DNA of 32,000 nucleotides from Candidatus Saccharimonadota bacterium (GCA_004563595.2 CP042461.1:810001-842000), one strand, 5' to 3'; positions 21,994 to 30,420 are shown, counted from the stretch's first letter. Notes: generated by a model from the sequence alone, not told the origin. Numbers and translations: made by a program.

Positions 21994-24834
21994 TTATAAC
22001 TCATCAAACTTCTCCAATAATTCAGTCATTTTAGTTTTAATTCTTTCTATAACTGTTTTCCTCTCAATAAGCTTAGGTTTCACTATCATAGTTTTAGCTA
22101 TATCATCACTTAAAGGAATTTTTCAAGTATATACATAATCTCATATAACATGTTCTAGTTTACTTGGATCTATATTTTCTTCTTTACAGAATTGTTCAAA
22201 TTCTTTTAATTTCTCATTATTCATATATTTTTCAAATTCACTACTTATAAGTGAAGTATCTTTAATATTTCATAGATATTCATCCATAAACTTTTGAATA
22301 AGTTCTTTTTTGCTTCTCAATTGTATATCTCAAGAAATCATATCAATAATATTTTTCTTTTGTTTCTCTTTCTCTTCATCATTCGTTTCAACGAGAGTAG
22401 CGAGTAATCATAAAATATAATCTATATTTATTTCATCTTTTTGTAATAATTCTAATTCAAAATCTATATCATCAAGTATAGATACTTTTTCTTTTCCGTG
22501 GTCTACTTTTACTTTATCATAGATATCCCAATATTTAGAACTATAGTCAGCAAATGTTTGTTCATCTATGTCTAATTTACTAAAATCAAAATCAACAAAT
22601 GATTCTAAAATATTTTTTAATCTTAATAAGTTTCTAAATGCTTGAACAAATCTATATTGTTCTTCTTCACTTATAATATCATCTACATTATCAGGACTAG
22701 GAGCTATATCTTGTAAAGTATCTAGAGTTTCATTAAAATATTTTACATATTTTTCTAAAGGTTCCATTAATATAACATCCTTAGCATCTTTATTTGAAAA
22801 TAATTTAATAGCATCATCAACATTATCTTTCAGATTTCTAAAACAAACAATATTTCATTGTGATTTATGTTCGTTTAAAATTCTATTTGTTCTACTGAAT
22901 GCTTGGATTAATCCATGATACTTTAAATTTTTATCTACATACAAAGTATTTAAAGTTTTACTATCAAATCAAGTTAAAAACATATTTACTACAATAAGTA
23001 TATCAATTCTTCTTTCTTTAACTTTCTTAGCTATATCATTATAATAATTATAGAAACTCTTCGTATCACGAGTTGAGAACTTAGTTCAATACATTTTATT
23101 ATAATCGACTATGAATTCATCTAGTTTATCTCTTGTATGTTTATTTTCTTCTCATGGTTTCACTTCTATTTGAACGTCATCTAATATTCAATCAGCATCA
23201 AGATCTTCTTCATTTGTTCAATATGAGAATATAGTAGCAATCTTTAAATTATGATCTTTTCTTTTAAATGATTCATAATATTTAATAAGTGTATCTACAT
23301 TACTTACACAAAACATAGCAGTAAATGATTTTGAATGTGTTTTAGAATTATGGATATTTAATATATAATCTGTAACTTTATCTAATCTTTCAGGACTTTC
23401 AAAGATTTCACTTGTATTTATATCTTCAACTTTTTCATCACTCGATAATTCAAAACCTTTTTTTGTTTTAAAAGTATTTATATACTCAATAGAAAATTTT
23501 AATACATTTTCATCTCTAATTGCATCTGTAATAACATATTTATGTAAACAATCTCAAAATAAATCTGCTGTTGTTCTTCATTTGTTATTATTTTCAGCTA
23601 ATATTGGAGTTCAAGTAAAACCAAACATTTGATGGTTATTGAAAAATTTCACTATTCTATCATGAGTATCTCAAAATTGACTTCTATGACATTCATCAAA
23701 TATAAAAACAACTTTTTCATCTTTTAAAAGTTCCATTTTGTTCAGATATTTCTCTTTTGAAATAGCTGTATTTAGTTTTTGTATAGTGGTAACAATGAGA
23801 GGTGTCGTATCTGAAAATTGTTTTACGAGTTGAGTTGTGTTATCAGTTCCATCAATACTCCCCTCTGAAAAACTATTAAATTCTTTAGTTGTTTGATAAT
23901 CAAGGTCTTTTCTATCAACTACAAAGACTACTTTCTTCACTTCTGGTAGATATCTGAGTATTTGGCTTGTTTTAAATGAGGTTAAAGTCTTTCAACTTCA
24001 AGTTGTATGCCAAATATATCAATTTTTATCAGAATTTTTAACTCTATCAATAATCTTTTCAACAGCATAATATTGATATGGTCTTAAAACCATTAATACG
24101 TTATCAGCTTCACTTAAAACAATATATTTAGTTATCATTTTAGATAAATGACAAGGTTCTAAAAAGACATTCGTAAAATCATCGAGTTTAGTAATATTTT
24201 TATTATCTTCATCAGCCCAAAAGAAAGTTTGTTTAAATGAATCTCTTTTTCAATTAATATAATTTTTTGTATTTGAAAAGTATTTTGTATTTACTCAATT
24301 ACTAATTACAAATATTTGAATATATTTAAATAATCCATGTCCAGACCAAAAGCTATGTTTATGATACCTCCCTATCTGATTAAATGCTTCTTTTAATTCA
24401 AGTCATCTTCTTTTTAATTCAATAGCAACGAGAGGGAGTCAATTTATAAGTAAAGTTACATCATATCTATTTTCATAACTTCATTCCATAGTTATCTGAT
24501 TGGTAACTTGGAATTCGTTTTGACACCAAGCATTAGAATTTATAAATTCAATATGAATTTTATCTCCACTATCTAGTTCAAGAGGCATTTTATCTCTCAA
24601 AATTTTAGCCCTTTCAAAAACATTTCATTTATCTAAATGATTTAAAACTCTTTTAAACTCTTTTTCTGATAAGTCTTTTCAGTTTAGTTTATCAAAATTA
24701 TGAATTTCAATTTGTTTTTTAAGATTTTCAAGTAAATCTTTTTCATCTTTAATAGTTACAAAGTCATATTCAAGACCTTGTAATTGAGAGATGAGGTTAT
24801 TTTCAAGCTGTGCTTCTGATTGGATTTTGTTCAT
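21994..24834 (-). CDS. hsdR: Type I restriction enzyme R subunit HsdR, 946 aa
   Basis: ATG 24834 to TAA 21994-21996; I scanned every triplet and found no TAA or TAG. About 25 TGA are read as Gly. The nuclease motif region is [21 protein letters not shown]. Helicase motif I is written HTT-TGA-S-TGA-KT (about 23985-24005). Motif II is [11 protein letters not shown]. Other motifs are GFTGTPI and QAFSRTNR. The C-terminus is a helical HsdR_C region. Confidence 0.95.
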
Positions 24835-24861
24835 GCTATAGTTATTTTTATAAAGTTACTT

Positions 24862-26169
24862 TTATTTATTAATAATTTTTGCTAAATCAATTATTTTATC
24901 AACTGGTAAATTGATTTCTTTGTCAGGATAAACTTTATCAAAGACTACATTTGCAACATTATCGTAAAATCTCCCTTTATCCATATCTTTTCATGTATCT
25001 GATCTTATTGCAGAAAATCAATGTAATAATGCAATTTTATTACTGTTTTCTATTCTAAGTTTTTTAGATTTTGAATATTGATAAATTGAAAAATAAAGAA
25101 AAGATGATAATAAAATTCATAATGGCAATAAAATAAATTTTAAATCTCAAGTAAGTATTGAATTTTCAGGCTCAGGAATTAAATATAAAATATTTGTCAA
25201 AAAAATAGAAAAAAGAAGAATAATTCAAAAATCTAATAATACCTTTTTAAATATATGAAAAGAATTAAAAATTAATATTCATATATTTTTAAATAATATT
25301 TTAAAATTTTTTAAGGTTTTGACATAAAGAGACGACTTTTTATTTTTATATAATTTTATATATTCTTTTCTTTTAATTTTATAACCATCTCATTTAGTAA
25401 ATATTCATATAATTGTTCCTATTATTAGTCATATAATTGCAATTAAAATAATTATTAATATTTTAGGCATATATTTAAAAGCAATTATATCTAAAATTGG
25501 TACAAATAAATATAAAAATAATCCAAAAAATATCATAAAAGAAATTAGAAGCCATCTTTTTTCTTCAAGTAAAAATTGTTCTTCTAGTTTTTCAAAACTT
25601 TGAGTTAGTATATTGGTTTGTTTATCAGATGTACTTTTTATAACTTCATTTTTTTTCTTAACAACTGTTTTTAATTTTTTATTTTCTTCCTCTAATTTCT
25701 TTTTTTCTTGGTATTTATTATAATCATCATCTGTAAGAATTATATTATTTAATTGTTCTTGAGAAAAAATATTAGTATTATAATCGGCTCATCTAAAATC
25801 CGCCCCTTCTAAAATAGCTCATTTAAAGTTAATATTTCATAATTTTATATTTCTAAAATCAGATTCTTCTAAATCTGAATTTTTGAAAGAAAAAGCCCCA
25901 TTATATCATATTGAATCAATTCAATTTTCGAAAATTGATCCTGAAAAAAGACTAAATTGTAAATTTCTATTTTCAAAAATAGTATTAATAATATTATTTG
26001 TTTTTTCATTTTCAGTATCCTTTCATTGAATCCAATTTCAGAAATAATATCAACTAAAATCATTATCTAAATTTTTAGCTCACCTTAAAAGAAGAAGATG
26101 ATTTTTTATTTTTTCCTCTATTTCCTCTTGTGTTATAAAAAGCAATTCTTGTTCCTTCTTTTTTACCAT
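24862..26169 (-). CDS. Pentapeptide-repeat / coiled-coil / multi-pass (about 4 TM) membrane protein embedded between hsdS and hsdR, 435 aa
   Basis: ATG 26169 (16 nt after the hsdS stop) to TAA 24862-24864 (27 nt before the hsdR ATG); I scanned all 435 triplets and found no TAA or TAG. Residues ~75-135 are pentapeptide repeats: NRNLQFSLFSGSIFENGIDSIGYNGAFSFKNSDLEESDFRNIKLGNINFKGAILEGADFRGADYN. A K/E-rich coiled coil follows. The hydrophobic helices are WLLISFMIFFGLFLYLFVPIL, ILIIILIAIIGLIIGTIIGIF, FGIILLFSIFLTNILYLI and FILLPLGILLSSFLYFSIY. A soluble tail of about 60 aa ends the protein. The track ORF 25869..26063 is in the wrong frame. Confidence 0.85.
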
Positions 26170-26185
26170 AATCTTATTTAAAAAA

Positions 26186-27412
26186 CTAAACAAACATCCC
26201 CTGTAACAAACCTTGCTTAAACTCTTCCATTTTATCCAACTCTTCACTTACTTTCTCAATTTTTTCATCAATTTCACTTAAAAAATCTACGATTTTTTGT
26301 TGTTCTGGAAGAGAAGGAAGTTGAATATTTAAAGATTTTAATTGAGAAGAATATAAGTGCACTACTGATATTCATTGAGATAATCTTGCTATATCTATTT
26401 TTTTAATACTATTTAAGTAATAAGATAAAAAAACTCCATTAAATTTTCATCTGATTATATTTAAATCTCATCATAATATAATATCATCATTTAAAATACA
26501 AGAAGCTGTAGCTATATCAATTTGAGTTTCTCATGAAGCTGGAATTATTACATCATTTTTTATACTTAAAATTGAATCATTTATATTTAAATTTGTTCTA
26601 GATTTTATACTCCTAATTGTTTCTCAATATTCAGTATAAAGCTCTCAATATCTTATACACTGATTTATTCAGTTTTCTATAATATCACTTTTTGATACTC
26701 CTTTTCATTTTAGAAAAGTAGCAACCTCTCCTAACTTCTTATCCTCCCACTCTCCAAATTCCCTTCAAATTTCATCTTTAAACCTAATTTCTTGTTTAAA
26801 AAACTTTTGCATAACTCATTTTTTATACTCTTCAATATTTTTCTTTTTTTCTTTTATATTTTCTATTTTTTCATCAACTGAAGATAAAAATGAAGCTATT
26901 TTTTGTTGTTCTGGAAATTGAGGAAGATTAATTATTAGATTATGTAAAATTTTACCTTGAATACCGATAACAGTAGAACCTATAGCTTTTTTTATTATTA
27001 ATTTTTGAAAATAATCACTTAACATATAATAAAGTAAAAAATTATTACTGACATTTTCTTTTCATCTAAATTTTATAACTCTTTGAGCTAATGCAATATT
27101 TTCATTTTCAATTTGTCATATATTTCATAAAGGAGCTTCTGTTGTAAATAATATATCTCATTTTTTAGGCAATCATTTAGACATAACATTTAAATAATTA
27201 TCTTCAGCAACATATTCTTTTGAACAATTATAATCTATATATCACTTTTTTATATTTTTAGCTGTAATTAAAAATATTCAAGATTCAGTTTTTATTGGTC
27301 ATCTTCCTCTATAATCTACATATGAAGTAAATTTATTAATTTTTCATTCTTCCCACTCTCAAGAAAATTCTTTAAACCTTATTTTCGGAATATGTGATTT
27401 TATTTGTGTCAT
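26186..27412 (-). CDS. hsdS: Type I R-M specificity subunit HsdS (two target-recognition domains), 408 aa
   Basis: ATG 27412 to TAG 26186-26188; I scanned the triplets and found no TAA or TAG. The conserved central and C-terminal helices appear twice: [43 protein letters not shown] and LPSLPEQQKIVDFLSEIDEKIEKVSEELDKMEEFKQGLLQGMFV. Confidence 0.93.
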
Positions 27413-27463
27413 AGTTGTTGTTTAAGTTGCTTATAATGATTATTAAACTCCTTGTAAGTCAAA

Positions 27464-27508
27464 AAGTTTTGACAAAGTTTTGACAAAGTTTAGAAAAAGT
27501 AATATAAT
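27464..27508 (+). promoter_or_regulatory. Consensus sigma70 promoter on the strand opposite to the R-M operon, overlapping three 11-nt direct repeats
   Basis: The repeats AAGTTTTGACA (27464-27474), AAGTTTTGACA (27475-27485) and AAGTTTAGAAA (27486-27496) are spaced one helical turn apart. TTGACA (27480-27485), an exact 17-nt spacer and TATAAT (27503-27508) follow. Confidence 0.6.
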
Positions 27509-27514
27509 ACTTGT

Positions 27515-27596
27515 ACTTAATTGGTCTTCATGATTTTTTTCATGAATCGACGCGAACTCCTCTTTAGATTTATCTGTAGAGGAGATTTTTTATTTT
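27515..27596 (+). ncRNA. Candidate ~80-nt small RNA, antisense to the mazF-like/hsdS intergenic part of the R-M operon transcript
   Basis: It starts about 7 nt after the consensus -10. Hairpin 1 pairs ttcatg (27527-27532) with catgaa (27541-27546). Hairpin 2 pairs ctcctct (27557-27563) with agaggag (27578-27584) and is followed by attttttatttt, giving an intrinsic terminator that is properly oriented only on the + strand. The 3' end overlaps the stop codon of the mazF-like gene (27590-27592). Confidence 0.45.
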
Positions 27597-28168
27597 ATTC
27601 AAAAAATCTGTTTAATTTTATTATCAATTTCATCATATAATGATGAAATATTCTCATCATTTTCTAAATTCTTTAATCTTCATATTTTATTTAATATTCT
27701 TTTTTTAGAAATAGATTTTAAATGTCTAACTTTCATTAAAGATTCTTTTTTAAGTTTATTATCTATATTTGGATGTATCACAATATCAAAACCATCTAAA
27801 TCTTTCTCTTGTTTATTTTTATCATACAATCAAGTCATTGGAATAACAAAAATATCAAAACCTCTATTGTGTCTGTTTGATTTATATATCAAAGAAGGTC
27901 TAATTCAATTTATTTCATTTCAAATATTTATTCAAAAATTCACATAATGAATATCATATTTCCTAAAATCTCTAGGATTTTCAGCTTGCTGATTTATTTT
28001 AATTTTTTCCTTAAAATTTTCTATATGATTTCCTAAATTATGAGATTTCCCTTCATTTCTTAATAAAAAATCCTCTCTAATAAAAAATTGGAAATTTTTA
28101 TAATAAAGTTTAGTTTTACTAAGAAACTCATTTACAATTAAATTAAAATCAATGTTTATATTTTTCAT
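27590..28168 (-). CDS. MazF/PemK-fold endoribonuclease-like toxin domain with an N-terminal extension of about 70 aa; no adjacent antitoxin gene; 192 aa
   Basis: The track ORF 27932..28168 reads through TGA to TAA 27590-27592; I listed every triplet. The core is KYDIHYVNFGINIGNEINGIRPSLIYKS....FDIFVIPMTG...ESLMKVRHLKSISKKRILNKIGRL. It follows the MazF pattern (E. coli MazF: GDLIWVDFDPTKGSEQAGHRPAVVLS...CLCVPCTT...ADQVKSIAWRAR..KKGTV). Confidence 0.75.
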
Positions 28169-28170
28169 TA

Positions 28171-28198
28171 TTTACTTCTTTACATTTATTAATATAAT
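28171..28198 (+). promoter_or_regulatory. Possible promoter for the second antisense element
   Basis: TTTACT (28171-28176), a 16-nt spacer, then TATAAT (28193-28198). The tmRNA promoter candidate uses the same TTTACT -35. Confidence 0.3.
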
Positions 28199-28204
28199 TT
28201 AGTT

Positions 28205-28267
28205 ACTTGGATGTAGCTTCCTCGGAAGTATTGAGACTTTCTCTTCGGAGTTAAAGTCCTTTTTTTA
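28205..28267 (+). ncRNA. Structured, relatively GC-rich element in the hsdM/mazF-like spacer: either a second + strand sRNA with its own terminator or a 5'-UTR structure of the mazF-like gene
   Basis: Hairpin 1 is cttc-ctcg-gaag (28217-28228). Hairpin 2 is gactttctc-TTCG-gag(tt)aaagtc (28235-28258), with a C(UUCG)G tetraloop when read on the + strand. It is followed by cttttttt (28259-28266). The U-tail exists only on the + strand. The element ends 5 nt before the hsdM stop codon. Confidence 0.35.
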
Positions 28268-28271
28268 TTCC

Positions 28272-29852
28272 CTAAAACGGACTCTTAATCCCCAACTCAT
28301 CACAATATCACTTAATCTTTTCATCTAAACTTTTACTCTCTTTATCCAAATCAATTATCTTATTAGCCACTTCTTCTAAATCTATTTCATCCTCTTCTTC
28401 AAAAGTATCTACATACCTTGGAATATTTAAATTGAAATCATTTTCTTTTATTTCATCTAAACTTGCCATATAACTATATTTATCTTCTGTTTTTCTTTCT
28501 GAGAAAGTATTAATTATTTTATCTATATCTGAATTTCTTAATTTATTTTGATTTTTAACTTTTTCAAAATGATTTGATGAATCTATAAATAAAACATTAT
28601 CAGGATTTTCTCTACATTTTTTGAATACTAAAATACAAGTAGGAATCGAAGTCCCATAAAAAATATTAGCTGGTAATCAAATAACAGTATCTAGGTAATT
28701 CCTATCTTCTATTAGATATTTTCTAATATGTCATTCAGCTCCTCATCTAAATAACACTCAATGTGGAACAACTACAGCCATAGTTCAATTATCATCAAGT
28801 TGATGAATCATATGTTGAATAAAAGCATAATCAGCCTTTGAAGTAGGTGGTAATTTACCGTATTGACTAAATCTATCATCACTCATGAAAAGTGGACTCG
28901 CTGACCATTTTGCTGAAAAAGGAGGATTTGCAACAATAGCTTCAAATCTTTTTTCTAAATGATGTGGATGTTCAAGTGTATCATCTAACTTTATATCAAA
29001 ATTCTTATAATTCACATCATGCAAAGTCATATTCATTCTTGCAAGATTATAAGTAGTTCTATTCATTTCTTGTCAAAAAAATTCTCATACTTTATCTACT
29101 TGCTTCGCAACTCTTAGCAACAAACTTCAAGAACCACAAGTTGGGTCATATACTGATTTTAATTGTTTTTTACCACTCGTTACTAATTTTGCTAATATTG
29201 TTGAAACCTGTTGAGGTGTATAAAATTCTCATGCTTTCTTCCCAGCTCAACTCGCAAATTGTGCTATTAAATATTCATAAGCATCTCACAGTACATCTGT
29301 TTCTATATTTTCTAATTCAAAGTCTATTTTATCAAGATGTCATAATACTTTAGATATTAATTCATTTTTTTGAGCCGAAGTTTTACCTAATTTTTGAGAA
29401 GTTAAATCTAAATCAGAAAATAAATCATCAAAATCATCTTCACTTTCAGTTCCCATTGTAGAAGACTCAATATTCTTTAATATTTTAGTTAAATCATCTA
29501 TTATAAAATTGTCATCAGTATTTTCACTTACTGAATTTCATTTTTTAGTTATCTCACTAAAAAGTTCCCTTGGTTTTAAAAAATAACCTAAATCTTCAAC
29601 TGAATTTTCTTTTATAGCTTCTATTAAATCTTTTTCATAATTATCACTTTCATTTAGTTCGTTATATGATTTTTTATATCAATCTTCATTTAATAGTTTA
29701 TTAGCTTTTAAGACAATCTTTTCAGATAAATATTTATAAAAGATAAACCCTAAAATATAATCCCTAAATTGGTCTGCATCCATTTTTCATCTTAAAGTAT
29801 CAGCTATATTCCAAAGTTGTCTTTCTAATTGTTGTTTTTGTTCTTCTGACAT
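28272..29852 (-). CDS. hsdM: Type I R-M N6-adenine DNA methyltransferase subunit HsdM, 526 aa
   Basis: ATG 29852 to TAG 28272-28274; I scanned every triplet and found no TAA or TAG. About 16 TGA are read as Gly. The HsdM_N region is LWNIADTLRGKMDADQFRDYILGFIFYKYLS. Other motifs are GEFYTPQQV and motif I VYDPTCGSGSLLL. The catalytic motif IV is IVANPPFS. The pattern GTMAVVVPHGVLFRGGAEG.IRKYL is also present. Confidence 0.95.
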
Positions 29853-29961
29853 AAAAAATATTAATAATTATAATTTTATTAGCTTTAGTTAAATCATCTT
29901 TCCATACATTAAAGGCATCAAATAGAGAAAAACTCATTTAATGCCATTTTTTATTCCTTAT

Positions 29962-30420
29962 TGGTGGAGCTAATGGGATTTGAACCCATGTCTTAGAAGG
30001 CTAACCAAATACATCTACTATCATAGTTTATTTTAATATTTGAATAAGTGGAAAACAAACAAAAAACTTATTCAAAAATTTTATCTATGGGTACTTGTAT
30101 GTACAAGACAAAATTAAAACCCGATCATACAAGACTTAGATTAATAATCTATAAACTCTCCTAAGTAAAGTTTTATAGATTGTGTAGCAGGCCAGTCGGC
30201 ACTCATCCCTTAGGAAGACTACAGCATTGCTGGCAATTAAGCAGCGAATGCTAAAGTATTAGATGTTACATTCGAAAATGCAGCAGTTAATCCTTTGTAA
30301 GCTCTTTGAGCATTAGTTTTAGCAGTTATGCTTGTTTGTAATTGATTAAGGAAGTCACAAACATCTCCCTGATAGCATATAAGACGAGCGGATCTCCTAA
30401 TAGAAACCATAAATAACCCC
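29962..30420 (-). ncRNA. ssrA: tmRNA (ssrA), about 459 nt, with an encoded CCA
   Basis: The 5' end GGGGTTA (30420 downward) pairs with the 3' end TAGCTCC-ACCA and includes the G3:U wobble required by AlaRS. The T-arm is ATGGG-TTCAAAT-CCCAT. The internal tag frame (30323 to 30237) is GCT AAA ACT AAT GCT CAA AGA GCT TAC AAA GGA TTA ACT GCT GCA TTT TCG AAT GTA ACA TCT AAT ACT TTA GCA TTC GCT GCT TAA, which encodes AKTNAQRAYKGLTAAFSNVTSNTLAFAA*. Confidence 0.9.

Larger units (their letters stand above)
21322..29975. mobile_element. Degenerate, integrase-less genomic island(s) inserted into the 3' end of ssrA: an 8.1-kb R-M/defence island (21874-29975) plus a 0.55-kb remnant (21322-21873)
   Basis: Three direct copies of the ssrA 3'-terminal core (21322, 21874, 29960) bracket the type I R-M operon and one small membrane-protein gene. 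tmRNA genes are classic integration sites. No integrase or excisionase ORF is present in the window. Confidence 0.55.

Noticed and set aside
25869-26063. Track ORF 25869..26063(-) inside the PRP-TM gene, and the track ORFs 29141..29353(+) and 31101..31328(-)
   Set aside because: The first is in a different frame from the uninterrupted 435-codon ORF. The other two are antisense to hsdM and to the HD-hydrolase gene.
27464-27496. Tandem 11-nt repeats as a possible CRISPR or minisatellite
   Set aside because: There are only 2.5 contiguous copies with no spacers. The repeats coincide with the -35 region of a consensus promoter, so I interpret them as operator- or iteron-like rather than as an array.
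27530-27640. A 36-codon + strand ORF (MIFFMNRRELLFRFICRGDF...) inside the candidate sRNA, as a possible type I toxin peptide
   Set aside because: It runs straight through the intrinsic terminator and into the antisense of the mazF-like gene. It has no RBS-like signal or membrane-helix character, so a non-coding RNA is more likely.
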